A stretch of 63,262 nucleotides of DNA, filler included, from Globobulimina sp. (GCA_003354225.1; 22 parts of 22 records of this genome joined end to end with filler, not necessarily neighbours in it), one strand, 5' to 3'; counted from the whole stretch's first letter, positions 36,084 to 49,152 are shown. A program made the numbers and translations. Notes: generated by a model from the letters alone, not told the origin.

Positions 36084-37361
36084 TTAACGTAAAGATGTCT
36101 TTTTAATACCACTCGCTTTCCGCCATAATTTTTCAAACTTTAATAATATTTTATCGCATTGTAATCTTGCTTTAGTATCTTTTAATTGTGAGAACCTTTC
36201 AACTCTTACTTTTCTAACAATGTCATCAAACGTATGCTGCGACAATTTAGTTAACATTGCCTGTGCATCATATAAATATGACTGTGTCTCCTTAGTTGTT
36301 AATAATTGTTGATACAGTGTTAATTGCCATATATTATTTTTTTGCATCCATTGTTTAAGCGGTTTTCCTTTTTTTTCCAACAATTCTGCACTTTGCGTCC
36401 TTGCTTTTTTTTTCTTAGCAAATTTTCTTTTAATTTTCCTCAACTTTTTATCTTCGATTCGCCTCTCATTCGAGTTCACAAAAACATTTTTTGGGAGACT
36501 TTTGGCTGTAATTTTCGATGATTTTATTGACGTTAATTTATATCCAGTCTCATGTTTCCATAATTTCTCAAATTTTGTACATAATTTATCCAATCTTTGT
36601 TGTGCTTCGGTTGATTTCAAATCATTTTTACGTAACACACGTACTTTGCGCACAATTTCATGAAAAGTATGCCACGAATTAATTAAATATAAATGATGCG
36701 GTATCTCTGTCACACCAAATTGAACAAGCGTTAGAAATAGATTCTTCTCCCATATTTGGTTGTGTTTCATCCACTGTTTCAACGACATTCCAACGTCCAA
36801 TGCATTTTTGACCATTACTGCGGAGGGATTATAATTGTTTTTGTTTTTGTTGATCATTTTGTTGCCATTGTTGTTATTTTGTGCCAATATCATTTCCAAC
36901 ATGGCAATCGCTCTGGATTTGCTATGATCGGATTGAATGCCCAATGACTCTAATTTCACTACAAATTCTTCAAATTGCTGTTTATTATTTAAATTTATAT
37001 CATATTTATCATTGCAAAGATCCATAACGGTGTCATAAAATACGCAATCACCCATATTATCCCATTCTGTTATCATGTTTTCTTGCCATGGACTTAGTTT
37101 TGGTGCCGGATTACCGCAGGCATCGCAGAAACGATATGATATATGTTGGATAAATGTGCACTGTGTACATTGCCATTCATCCATGTACGGGTCTTTGGCA
37201 TCGGATGAATCATCTGAATCGCTATCTGAATCTGGCGCATTGTCCGCTCGCAACATTGGTACTTTACCATCACTTTCATTACCATTATTAGCTGAATATG
37301 AATCTGCCTCATTCTCATCCAATCTGCCTGTTGTGCCAACATTGTTGTTGCTATTGTTGTT
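36084..37361 (-). CDS. RanBP2-type zinc finger protein with two copies of a ~90-aa helical domain (5' partial)
   Basis: WQCTQCTF..CDACG; repeat LKQWM..N.IW..HTF..IVRKVRV.R..LK...A....DK...KFEKLW....G.K.TS. Confidence 0.8.
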   Translation of the reverse strand, partial: NNNSNNNVGTTGRLDENEADSYSANNGNESDGKVPMLRADNAPDSDSDSDDSSDAKDPYMDEWQCTQCTFIQHISYRFCDACGNPAPKLSPWQENMITEWDNMGDCVFYDTVMDLCNDKYDINLNNKQQFEEFVVKLESLGIQSDHSKSRAIAMLEMILAQNNNNGNKMINKNKNNYNPSAVMVKNALDVGMSLKQWMKHNQIWEKNLFLTLVQFGVTEIPHHLYLINSWHTFHEIVRKVRVLRKNDLKSTEAQQRLDKLCTKFEKLWKHETGYKLTSIKSSKITAKSLPKNVFVNSNERRIEDKKLRKIKRKFAKKKKARTQSAELLEKKGKPLKQWMQKNNIWQLTLYQQLLTTKETQSYLYDAQAMLTKLSQHTFDDIVRKVRVERFSQLKDTKARLQCDKILLKFEKLWRKASGIKKTSLR

Positions 37362-37639
37362 NNNNNNNNNNNNNNNNNNNNNNNNNNNNNNNNNNNNNNN
37401 NNNNNTTAATTAATTAANNNNNNNNNNNNNNNNNNNNNNNNNNNNNNNNNNNNNNNNNNNNAGCAATTCAAAATACAATTCGGCAAAAGAGCGTGATGCC
37501 TTGGCTGAAATGCAAAAACAATATTCGAATCACTGACAATGAGATAGATAAATAAGTGTGAATTAGAATATCTGCATATGAATCCCCCCACATCAATCAT
37601 TGAATTGGTTCAACAGGTCATGTGTTTCTTTACATCTAC

Positions 37640-38465
37640 TCAGCTTGCTGTAATTTGCGCGTATTCTGCTCGACCTGCAACGTTATTATTTGAAACAGAC
37701 TCGGGAGGCCCATACAATGCCACTGGTCGGTGCATAGGTCATTAAACTTATAAGGTGTTAGTGTCACAATTAAATAATGCAACTGTACTGTTTCTCAACA
37801 TTATGTACAACAGAAACATAAATCATATGTACAACACATTGCATTATTTAATCGTAATTAATATTCCTGTGCTGCGTACCTCAGTGTTAAGCCTCTCCAC
37901 AATCCAAATATAGATTTTTCATCCTTTAGAATTTGCTGCAAGATATGTCGTGATTTAACTGTATTGATATCATTTCCTTTTAATATCATTCTATTTTGTG
38001 ATATAATATCAAATGGTGTTGATAACAGCAGCTGTGTAACAGACGCAAAAATGCCTGATATTCCAGACGCAAATGGCGCTATAAATGTATAGTTTGTGTA
38101 TTCCATTTCATTCAATTTATTTGCTATAAAATATCTACTTTGTTCATACACTGTGGCGTATACGACATGCGATGCGTTGCCCATTAAGTTAATGCTAATT
38201 CCTTTGTACAATCCCCGTATTCCTTGCGTCCGAAATATTCGCCGTATCAGTGATTCAGACTCATGTTTTACATTTGATGACAGCTTTTTTTTAAAGCATC
38301 GGTTTGTCTGTTTGTTTTTAATAAAGTCATTGGATATGTCATCATCCTCAAAGTAAATGATGCTCCCGCTGTTATAAAAGTGAATTTGCGACGATCCAAA
38401 TGGTCCCATCCTACCTCCATTGAGTGTAAATTCGGTATTGGTGATATCGATGAAACTATTGCCAT
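37640..38465 (-). pseudogene. Mitochondrial carrier (SLC25A44-like), frameshifted and 3'-truncated as assembled
   Basis: EVGWDHLDRRKF, YPMTLLKT, QGIRGLYKG, TPFDIISQ, GLWRG; shift at T8 38285-38292; intron 37747-37879 gives SLMTYAPTSGIVW, then similarity is lost. Confidence 0.75.
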
Positions 38466-38572
38466 GTTTCGAAAATGCTGATTACTAAAAAACTTTGTTT
38501 TTTATTTATTTATTATCCTTGAAACATGGAAACATTTATTTATTAACTCCTCCTTGCGTTGAATCTTGAAAC

Positions 38573-39622
38573 ATGGAATTTTTTGACCAAAAGATAAAGG
38601 AGATTTATACAGACAAAACAGATAAAACATCGTTTCAACAATACAAAGTGTTGGACAATTTAGCACGTGGTCGTTATGGTGATGTTCAAAAAGTTGAATT
38701 AATGACAAACCAAGATCTAAAAGAAGAGAATCAAGAAGAAAAAAGCAAAAATATCTATGCACTAAAATCACAGGAAATATTTAACGGCGAAATAACAAAG
38801 AAATTACAACGTGAAATTGATATTATGTGCAAATTAAAAGCAAATAACAATCAAAATGTGATAAATATGACAAAATATTTCATCGATGGGGGTTATTTAT
38901 TATTTTTATTACCATTTTTTGATTCAAATTTACAAAATTTATTATCAACCGCTGCGCCCTTCAAATTAGATTTAATTCGTACTGTAACGTATCAATTATT
39001 TTGTGGTTTATCATATGTCCATTCATTAAACATTCTGCATCGCGATATCAAACCAAATAATATTTTATTCGACACACAAACCCAACAAATATGCATTGCA
39101 GATTTTGGTTCGGCGCGGGATATTTCGGATGTTTTACAAAATGAACAAAATGAAGAGGAAAATAAAGAAAATATCATCGACAATGACGAAATGGGTACAA
39201 TTTCTAAGTTAACGCCTCAAGCGTATGTGGTGCAGTACAGAGCGCCGGAATTATTGTTAGGAGAAAGACAGTATAGATCCAGTGTGGATATGTGGGCGTG
39301 CGCCTGTATAATGGCACAAATGTGTCGAGAGAATGGCAAATTACTATTCGATGAACAACACGATATCCCATTATTTATGCAACAATTGCAGATATTGGGT
39401 GGACCACAGGGAGATGAATTAAAAGGGGTTGGCTTATTTTCTACATTCTTCAATGTGGATTCAATTGCAAATAAATATAATCCAATCAATAAAATTATAC
39501 CACAAGTCTTAAATGAGGATGGATATGATTTAATATCGAAAATATTCGTACTTGGCCCAAAACGAAGAATTACTGCGAAACAAGCAGTGTCACATACGTT
39601 TTTCGACAAATTCAAACATTAA
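38573..39622 (+). CDS. CDK-like (CMGC) protein kinase
   Basis: ARGRYGDV, YALK, HRDIKPNN, DFG, YRAPELLLG, DMWACACI; no PSTAIRE. Confidence 0.9.
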   Translation: MEFFDQKIKEIYTDKTDKTSFQQYKVLDNLARGRYGDVQKVELMTNQDLKEENQEEKSKNIYALKSQEIFNGEITKKLQREIDIMCKLKANNNQNVINMTKYFIDGGYLLFLLPFFDSNLQNLLSTAAPFKLDLIRTVTYQLFCGLSYVHSLNILHRDIKPNNILFDTQTQQICIADFGSARDISDVLQNEQNEEENKENIIDNDEMGTISKLTPQAYVVQYRAPELLLGERQYRSSVDMWACACIMAQMCRENGKLLFDEQHDIPLFMQQLQILGGPQGDELKGVGLFSTFFNVDSIANKYNPINKIIPQVLNEDGYDLISKIFVLGPKRRITAKQAVSHTFFDKFKH

Positions 39623-40340
39623 TTATAAGCTCGTATTGCTTGCAACAAAAAGTATCTGTGAAAACCTTTCAAGAAATTTGTCGAAGTGACTTTGAAAATG
39701 GGAGGGCTTTTCTAACTTTTATCTATTTTTTTTTGTCATTTAATTTATATTCAGAAAAACAAATGTAGCCGATATGTATCTTTGCACTCCGATCATATCC
39801 ATAGCAAACCTTTGTTATATCCGAGTATAATCCAACACAAAGTGGATAATATTTACATATCACAATATAGTATCGTTTGATCATCAAAATAAACGATCAA
39901 ATGTAGCAGAAAAAACAATATTACGTTTTGAAATATATTTCAACAACAACAAAAAAAAAAGGCATAACAAACATCACAAGGAGCTTTCAGAAAAAAAAGA
40001 CAAGATAAAAAAAAACAGCTAATAACATATATGCTTCTACTCACTACTCACATCTTTTTATAATTAATCCTATATATTCCAACACAACCAACCGATCAAT
40101 ATTCCAATAGAGCGCAAGGATGAAAGATAAAAAAGAAACTAATTAACTTTGGTTTAATTCGTGGTTTGGGTGGCAAAGGTCGCACATTCTTATAATTGCC
40201 ATTGGCATTGCCATTATCGGCCTGATTCATAATGCTTTGGNNNNNNNNNNNNNNNNNNNNNNNNNNNNNNNNNNNNNNNNNNNNTTAATTAATTAANNNN
40301 NNNNNNNNNNNNNNNNNNNNNNNNNNNNNNNNNNNNNNNN

Positions 40341-43118
40341 ATGCTTGTAATATAATACCAATATGCGGTATGCACGGCGGCTGTAACTCTTACTGGATCT
40401 CTTTAAATTTATTCATCTTCCAACCAAAATATGTTTTGATTTCTTGCAATTCTTTTTTTTTCGATTTGCTTAATAATTTCCACGTCGATTGCAATGACAA
40501 TATATTATTACTCGACAAAGCATTATAAAATGCACAAAGCGACGACAAATTGCCATTATTTATGAAATAGCTCGCCATCGAGATACATTTCTTTATATAT
40601 CTCTTCCTTAATTTTGTCGTTTTGCCCGATAATATGGTCAACTGCACCCATTTACTCACATCGTTAAACTGTGCGATCATTTTCAATATGTTCGGAGCAC
40701 GTATCGCCTTATCCTTTTTCTTCCAATTCTGCTGAATGCACTCCCTATCATTGATTTTCTTGAAAACAAACGAATCCAACAACGTCAACTGAACCGCCAC
40801 ATCCTCCGGATCTAGCTCCATAATATCATAATTATGCGGGATTTTGATCTCCAATTTCATCAAATGCTCGTAGCGGAACTCAACGCGGCGCAAATTGCTC
40901 GTCAATGTATCCAATTCTTTTTTAGATTGGCCATCCTCATGCGATCTGATTACATTTTGTGCCGCAGCGGACGTACTGACTCGCGGTAATCCATCGCCAC
41001 TGTTACTCGCCGATGCCTTCCTATCCCTTTGCTGAATGGTTAAACTCAACGTATTCTTTTTACGTTGATCCGATGCATCCTCATCATCATCAAACGAGGA
41101 ATGTATAATGACACTCGTCTCCTCCTCACTGTCATCGCCATCAGAGATAGAGCCGGCGCTCAGCTTAGGCTTTGACTTTGAGTGTGATCTATAAACCCGT
41201 ATCGATGCAGGCGGCGGAATGGGCACAGGAATGGGCACAGGAATGGAGGGCAAATGCAGGTTCCTCGGATTTATGCCGCCGAACTTAGTCTTGATTTGAA
41301 TCAAAGAACTCATCAACGAATCCAATAATTGCTGCGCTCTGTTCGTGTCTTGTATACTTGACCGGATATCAGATTTGAAAAACTCGATTTCTTTTTGTAA
41401 CTTCTTGTTGCGGTCGAAATCTTGCAGCCAATACGTGTCGATCCAATACAACACACATTGCGTGATTTTGTGCCGCATTCTCCACCGCCGATCCTCTGAC
41501 GATACGTACGAGTCATCCTCGTCGTCGTCAAAGTACAATATGCTCGACGTCATTTGCGTGACACTCATACGGAAGAAACGACGCAGCTCTTCAAACAGAG
41601 CCAAACTGCTCGTGAATGTTTTGTGGGACAACAGCAAGGCATTTCGCGTTCGGGTGTCGGTCTCAGAGTCGTAGCCATTGGATACCATTTCGCGGATTAA
41701 GTCCTTTAAGGTCCACACTTTGTTGATATCATCTAAGCTGTCATCGGAATCCATTGCTTCTGTGCCACTGTCATCGATGCTGGCTGTATTCCGTCGAAAA
41801 TTAAACGATTTTTTGCGAGTCTCGGGCGAGATGTCTTTCTTTCGCAGACTCACCGACCGCGAATGCTTCATTTTGTGCATTTCATGGCTTCTGCGGCCTC
41901 GCTTTGGTTTCAGTCTTCGAGTCTTCTCTTGTTCCAATTCAAAAGGATCGTTATCCGTTTTTTTGCGCAGATTCAATTTATTTAAGCTACTTCTGCGTTT
42001 TCTGCGTTTCACTTTCCTCTTTTCGATGTTATCTGACTTGGATTTGGACGCTGCAGATATCGATTTGGACATTGTTCGATTCTGAATGGTGTTTAGTTGG
42101 TTGGATTTGGCCATTTTGATGTGATCCATGCGAGTGGTTCGCTGGCCGATTGGTACGGATTTGCTGGGCGTCGGGGTTTGCATTGGCTCGCTGGGCTCTT
42201 CGGTGATGGTCGAGCGCTTTCTCAGGTTTTTTTTATTTTTATTGCGCGTTATCTGCACAGAGAATGATTTGGTATTAAGGCCGGCCACTTTACGGGACAC
42301 CGCACGCACACTGCCACGCAGATCGTTGTCGTCTTTTAGCCGTTTTTTGCCGGTTTTGGGCGATTTTAGTGGCGTTAATATGGGCGAATTTGGCGTGGAG
42401 ACAGACACTTTGATATTGGGTATGGATAAGGATAAGCGGCCATTGTTAGTGCCATCGCCGTGGTGGGAGGGGCTCGATAATAATATCTGTGATACGTCGC
42501 TTTTGCGATCAATGTGCTTAATGACCGTGGAAAATATATCGCCGCCACTGAGCGCAGGCGACAATGGATTCGTATTCATCACTAAACTGCTATTCAAACT
42601 ATTATCGCTCATCGCATCCGCATCCGAGGTATGCGACATGGTCAGATCCAACATATCTTTCTCTCGTTTTTTATTTTTCTTCCTTCGGTTCCTATTTACA
42701 ATCATCTGTGTCGGCATAGAACGGCGTTTCTGCGCTTTGCTATTCTCCGAATCCGAAGGCCGCGCAGAATGCGAACGCGCCAATAACGTTTCTGCGATTT
42801 TTCTGGACACTTTGGGTGGCCCATTTTTGCTGCCCTTGGCTTTCCTGCCCAGCTGGAAAAACTTAGAACGTTTTGCTTTTATGTGCCCATTATCTATCAA
42901 CTCATCGTCGGATGAGTCCAGCAGTGAGGCAGTGAATTTTTGTGATTTGCTACGTTTGTGTTGAGGGTCAAAGTCGAACTCTATATTCGCATTGGCCTTA
43001 TCTCGCGGATACAACACACGTTTGTTGGGGCTCATTTTCCTGTTTTTGTGTTGGTTTTCGTCCCTTTCATCATCAGTGTATGACTGCGACGTATCTAAGG
43101 TGAGGTTTTTCATCCTTG
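40341..43118 (-). CDS. RasGEF (REM plus CDC25 domains), partial at both ends, in-frame TAA at 40390-40392
   Basis: LLLSHKTFTSS..WIDTYWLQDF (REM); DVAVQLTLLD, APNILKMIAQFNDVSKWV; PPCIPHIG continues in frame after the stop. Confidence 0.9.
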
Positions 43119-43218
43119 NNNNNNNNNNNNNNNNNNNNNNNNNNNNNNNNNNNNNNNNNNNNTTAATTAATTAANNNNNNNNNNNNNNNNNNNNNNNNNN
43201 NNNNNNNNNNNNNNNNNN

Positions 43219-45809
43219 GCCGATAACTGAATGTCCTGAGCACTAAATCTTTTGTATTGAATGCCCATTTTATTAATAAACTTTCTGATTTGTAGATTAA
43301 TCAAATGATATTGTTTCCACATTAAACCAGAATCAGAAAATGGATAAATTGAACCTAAAAATAAACTTATTTTCATTCGACATTCTTTGTCCACGCCATC
43401 CAAAATAAACCAGATATCATTTATGTCATTTTTCATTTTGCTCCTAATAAAAGTGTCAATTTGCAGTTTCAATCGATTTAATTCGTTGATTGTGGTATTC
43501 TGCGAGATATAAAATGTGATATTATGATATGGTGATTTTGTTCGTGACAGATTCCGAATGTCCTTATTCAACAATTTTGCATTATTCTTAATACAAACCG
43601 TATTTCCATCAGACACCGATGTTATCATTTCAGTGGACATAATATGTATTTTGTTGATGGTATATCGCATATTCTCAATCAACACAACATCGCCAATCTC
43701 AAACGGCGCCAAAATAAATATAAAATACAATGCATCGAAAAACTGCGTAAATACATTCTTGCCAAATACTGCAAAGATAGCTATCATTGAAAAATATATT
43801 GATACGGAATCAATAAAATTAAATTCAAAAATCAACAAAAATATAAAAAACAACACAAATATCGCAATTATATTGGTGGACATATCCAAATTTGATAAGA
43901 TCTCTTGATAGGAATTTAATGTTTGTTTCAAATAAATCAAATCATGAAAATATTGATATAGCCATCGCTGCAATTCTTTCTTTGTCAATATTCTCTCAGA
44001 AACATTAATTTCTTTCCACGCTTCATAGCCTTGTTTCGTTTTATTTAACCGCGTAAAACATGCAATAAACTCATTTTGTTGAATAAATTCGCCGCCAACA
44101 GCCAATAAAGAGCGCCGTAAAGGAGCGGGAACCTGCAATGTACCAACATTTTCACCATTTTTTGCCTGTTCTGTATCCGACATTGTCTTCGAATATTTGC
44201 TCCGAAACATTGTGGTTATTTCGGAAAACGATGGCCGTGCTTTTTTGGGAGTTTTGGCCTCGAACCGTTTCTTTGTTACACTCGCTACAATATATTTGCT
44301 AAACATTTTGCATACTTTATCCAACTCATTGTCGTCAATCAGAGTCACTTTATCCGTGCCGGCGTTGTATAGCCATAATAAACAGGTTTGTGTGTTGTGT
44401 GCATATTTTTTAGATGAAATGTTCAACATTGTACCAGATGTTAACGTATTCACTAATTTATTATTTACACTGTCATGAAGGTTTGAATACAAATCAGCGA
44501 TATTTCCATCATTATCAGAGACCTCATCAATTTTATGCATGTTGCCGAGCTCAGACAAATTAAATTCAGTCTGATTTGCTAATATGGCCAACCTCAAAGC
44601 AACTGTTTTTTTCGTGCCTTGTAAGTCCGCATCGTGCCGACCATTATGCAACGCATTGATATCTAAAAACTTCTTGACTTTGATTGAAAACAACTGTCGA
44701 CTCTTCAGCAATATTTTGAGCCACGACTCGTATTTTTTAAATTTCTTTATTTTAATCAGATGCGAAGACAAATAATATGTTAAACACAGCCATCGAATGA
44801 GGACAGTTTTGAGAAACAACCCATAAAACAACACCATTCCGCACAAAAATACCCGTTCAAAAAATTCCAACATCTCAACATCTGCATTTTGTAGAATCGA
44901 AAAATTAAATCCAGACACACCAAATTGCGCCGCTGCAGAATTGTGTTTGAAATATACAAATATGGCATAACAGGTTGTGGATAATAAGGAATATGAAATA
45001 TAAGTGCCACTGTGGTGGATATAAAAAATGAAGGTAGCCACATTAAAATATTTATGTCGACACCAATTCCTCGCAGTACATAGAAATAACAAATAACTGA
45101 TCAGGCTCCACATTATACGAAATAAAAAAAATAAGGTCATGATCATTAACATAAATTCGATATAAACTGCACTCGTTTTCATGTTATCTCTGTCGACAAC
45201 TATTTGCATGAAAGACATTAAGAGACATAGAATAACTGTAAATATTAATGATTGTTTGTATTTATTTAACCATTTGCAACAATTACAACGTATAATATCA
45301 TCCTCATTGGTTACAGTCGAGTTTATACGCAATGTATATTCGTCTTCTTCATCTAAAATACTTTGGTCTTCTAAACCAACACTGGAATATATATGAATTC
45401 TTTTGTGTAAATCCGAATAACTCCGTGTTTTCGATAATGTGTCGTCGGTGTTGTCATATAATGTATCATCGATATCAACATTTGATTTTATATCATTTTG
45501 TATGGTGTTTCCAGTGATTTTCTTATCGATTTCATTGTATTTAGCTCTGTTTTTAGGGGATATCAGATTTTTTGGTGATGGTAGTGTTGATTTTAAGCGT
45601 GATAGGTTTGGTTGAATGGCGTTTGATAAATTAAATAATTTATTCTGATGTTTTGGTGAAGTTAACGATGTTACTTCATTGTCATTGGGACTTTCTGTAT
45701 TGTTCTTGCTGTCAATTTCATTCAATATGTCAATGTCAATCTGTTGTGGAGAATTATTTGCTGTGGCTTCTGTATGGTTGTCAAGCTGTGTCTTTTCTTT
45801 TGTTGCCAT
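43219..45809 (-). CDS. MscS-like (MSL) mechanosensitive channel (3' partial)
   Basis: Multiple TMs; FIFILAPFEIGDVV..INKIHIMST..IRNLSR MscS C-terminal motifs. Confidence 0.88.
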
Positions 45810-46601
45810 GATTTAAAATATTAATTGACTCATCACAAAACCTGTTGGAAACAATAACGTACAAAATGGTGAATTCGGACCTATTCATACAAACACAGTC
45901 TTACATCAAAACTATCAATGCCATACTGTGGAAAGTCAAATCCCACACAAAGCCAAAACAGCAACCGTTCAATGCTGTTGCAGACATATTAGCAGANNNN
46001 NNNNNNNNNNNNNNNNNNNNNNNNNNNNNNNNNNNNNNNNTTAATTAATTAANNNNNNNNNNNNNNNNNNNNNNNNNNNNNNNNNNNNNNNNNNNNATAA
46101 TGTTTGAAAAGTAAAGCATAAATATTTGGTTTATTCTCATCATTCTTCCACAAATCATAAACTTCAAAGAGTTCCTCCATTCGTTGATACACATTCTCTT
46201 CTTTTACTTCATCCCTTTCTTGCTTTGAATTTCTTTTTTCTTCTTCTTCTATAAAGTCAATACATTTATCAATGCATTTCTCAATATTACTGTTCGTATA
46301 CTGATGCTGTTAATTTGTTCGTCAGTCAAGTAAGGATGCTGTTTGATTTTCAAACGTTGATCGAACTAAGCTTAAAAAACTGTTTTTTTTGTTGTAATTT
46401 CTTTTATGGTTCCCAGAAATATTTGTACACTGCGCTAAAGTGTGGAGATAATGGTAGATTTTAATTAGTGGATTTATTTAAATCGATATCATGGCATTTA
46501 AATACACAAAAAATAAATGGATTACATCTGAGATCCGAATTGAACCATTTATGAACAATACCACTGATATTGTTACTGATTTTTAATACCACTGATATAC
46601 G

Positions 46602-47465
46602 TTACCACCATTCTTCTAAAAGTGTCACTTTGTCTTTGTGAGACATGGCAACAACTAATTTATACATATATTTACTGTCAACCATATAATACCTCCGATA
46701 ATGAGATAGAGGGACTATTGAACTGAGACATTTTCCATCTCGATAAGCTCTATAAACTCTATATTCCAATAATCCATTATTGATATTTGCTGATTTTGCT
46801 CGAGCTGCAGCTCCAAAATCCATAGTCATTACAATTATATCATTAACTTTTAGTGTCTGGACTGTAAATCCATATTTACGGTTTGGGCAAAAATTTGAGG
46901 CATTATATATATACTCATTTTCAACAACCAGTCCAATTGCAAAGTTCGCTTCATTTTGCTCAGTTTCTTGAATCAAAAACTTCCAAGTTTTGCATCCAGG
47001 AAAACGTATTGAAGCAGTACCAAAAATGTGGCAAATATCGTGATCGATATCATTCACTGGTATTCGTTGAATGCATTGATTACAATTTGTGAATTTAATG
47101 CATTTATCAAAACCAACAATTGTTTTACCAAACGATTCCTGTATAAATAACCAGGATATTATGCATTGAATAACATCGTGTGATGGAACACGTGAATTAT
47201 AATCAAAATCATATAATAAACAATGAGATAGCCATAAACAACGAATATAGCCATAAACCAACAATTCTCTACCATTATCTTTATGATTTCCAACTGTTTT
47301 CATTAACTTTGCAGTGACATAATTTGGGGCTGTTTCCCACTTTTTGTCACTACATCGACTGCAGATTATAGTGTATGAATCAGTTTGCGGATTTATTGTT
47401 TGCGTGATACATAACCGACATCCAACAATTCCACTGTTTACATACCGTATTTTGACATTTAACAA
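46602..47465 (-). CDS. F-box-like motif plus SPRY-like domain protein (true start probably near 47303)
   Basis: RELLVYGYIR..PSHDVIQCIISW; KTWKFLI..FAIGLV..LKVNDIIVMTMDF. Confidence 0.65.
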   Translation of the reverse strand: MLNVKIRYVNSGIVGCRLCITQTINPQTDSYTIICSRCSDKKWETAPNYVTAKLMKTVGNHKDNGRELLVYGYIRCLWLSHCLLYDFDYNSRVPSHDVIQCIISWLFIQESFGKTIVGFDKCIKFTNCNQCIQRIPVNDIDHDICHIFGTASIRFPGCKTWKFLIQETEQNEANFAIGLVVENEYIYNASNFCPNRKYGFTVQTLKVNDIIVMTMDFGAAARAKSANINNGLLEYRVYRAYRDGKCLSSIVPLSHYRRYYMVDSKYMYKLVVAMSHKDKVTLLEEWW

Positions 47466-47785
47466 TTACAAACAATTACTTACCATGTCATACATCGCTG
47501 GTCGTTGGTAATAGAACAAATAGATTCCAATTTGACAAAACAAATGCTACATTCTTTTATGTGCGTTGTTCCTGCAGTTTCAGTGAACATTGGCTGCGTG
47601 GCCACCGGTTTGTTGCCCATGACAAATTATTTAAAATGCATTAATATCTGTGAAAACTTTCTAGAGTTCATCAATGGCACAATTCTAGACAGCACAGCCA
47701 TAGCTATGAATTGAACTAATAAAAATAAAAAAGAAAAAACACGAGGGCTCATCAGTGACAGTACAATTAAATTAAGCGAAAAAGT

Positions 47786-48451
47786 TTATAAATCTTTTCT
47801 CAGTTTCCACCATAATAGAAATATGATAATGACCAGCTCGACAGTTACAATTAAACCCTGTAACAATCTGTCCGAATATACTTTGTTTTTAAGCGTCTTG
47901 ATGCTACGTTGTGCTCTCTCTGATATGTTATTTATTTCCTGTAAATTGTCGTTGATTGTGTCCAATTGCTTGCCCTGAGAATGGACATTGTGTGAGACAT
48001 TCAAACCAATCGACTCAGTTTGAGACAATAAATGCAATGACCGCTCTGACTGCTGTTTCATGTGCAAAAACATATCCTCTTTATGCAATAATCGCTGCCT
48101 TTCATATTTCGAATGCGTTTCCATTGACAAGAACTTGTGTTTCGATGCAGATTTTCTATATTCATTCTTTAGGTTTGCATATTGTTTACAATAACTATGC
48201 CATTCGCGAGTAAATAATTGCTTTGATGACGGATATGTGGCTGTTAATGAGCGCAAATCTGATTTCATTCTTTGTAATAAGTCCTCAATTTCATGCATTT
48301 TTTGTTTCGCTGATTGCATCACTTCGTCTCGTTCTGATGGGTCACCAATCTGCGTTATTGACACACAGCTACGGTTAAACGATCGTGATAATTCCTTGTA
48401 TCTTTCCGAATATGATTGCCATTCAGACTCAAGTGTTATTTTGGACGACAT
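47786..48451 (-). CDS. VTI1: Vti1-like Qb-SNARE
   Basis: Helical N-terminus, ERQRLL, QTESIGLNV..LHSQGKQL-type SNARE motif, C-terminal TM. Confidence 0.78.
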   Translation of the reverse strand: MSSKITLESEWQSYSERYKELSRSFNRSCVSITQIGDPSERDEVMQSAKQKMHEIEDLLQRMKSDLRSLTATYPSSKQLFTREWHSYCKQYANLKNEYRKSASKHKFLSMETHSKYERQRLLHKEDMFLHMKQQSERSLHLLSQTESIGLNVSHNVHSQGKQLDTINDNLQEINNISERAQRSIKTLKNKVYSDRLLQGLIVTVELVIIIFLLWWKLRKDL

Positions 48452-48608
48452 GATGCAGCACAAAAAAACTTCAGAACAAAAACTTTCGGCAAGGATAAAT
48501 GGGCTTGAATCAGCTGCATTAATTTTACGTTATATCGCATTTCAATAAAATTCAGAATGCAAATCAATAATTAACCACAAAATTGCATGCACGAACATTA
48601 GAACTTCT

Positions 48609-48874
48609 ATGAAAACTATTCTATTATTAACCGCATTTATTGCCACAACTGAGATGAATGAATGTAATGCATCCAATACATATTCTGCATTGACAACAAG
48701 TGAGCAATCCTCATTACTGCAACCCAATAAATCTGATTTGTCGAGTTCACTGCAAATATCTCAAATTAAAATTGATTATATATCGGCAAATGGAACTCAG
48801 TATCAATTAATAACACATTTGGACCATACACACATTCGTAGATTACCAACAGTGAAGATATTATTGTCTGAGGG
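48609..48874 (+). CDS. Hypothetical secreted protein (3' partial)
   Basis: MKTILLLTAFIA signal-like start; open to the contig edge. Confidence 0.4.
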
Positions 48875-49152
48875 NNNNNNNNNNNNNNNNNNNNNNNNNN
48901 NNNNNNNNNNNNNNNNNNTTAATTAATTAANNNNNNNNNNNNNNNNNNNNNNNNNNNNNNNNNNNNNNNNNNNNTTCTCTCTGCTTTTACAATGATTAAA
49001 TGGAGCTGCTATCTGATGCTACCCTACTCAGTGTATTTCCCTTTCCTCTCTTTCTATAAACAAATTATGTACAAAATATGTGCAAACTGAGAAACGAAAT
49101 TTAACTTTGACCAACAATTTAAGATCCCCTTACCATCCAACATTTAATTAAT

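Noticed and set aside
41345..42964. Long antisense ORFs opposite the RasGEF (also opposite NDR kinase and Sec8)
   Set aside because: Shadow ORFs of GC-richer coding strands with no recognisable motifs
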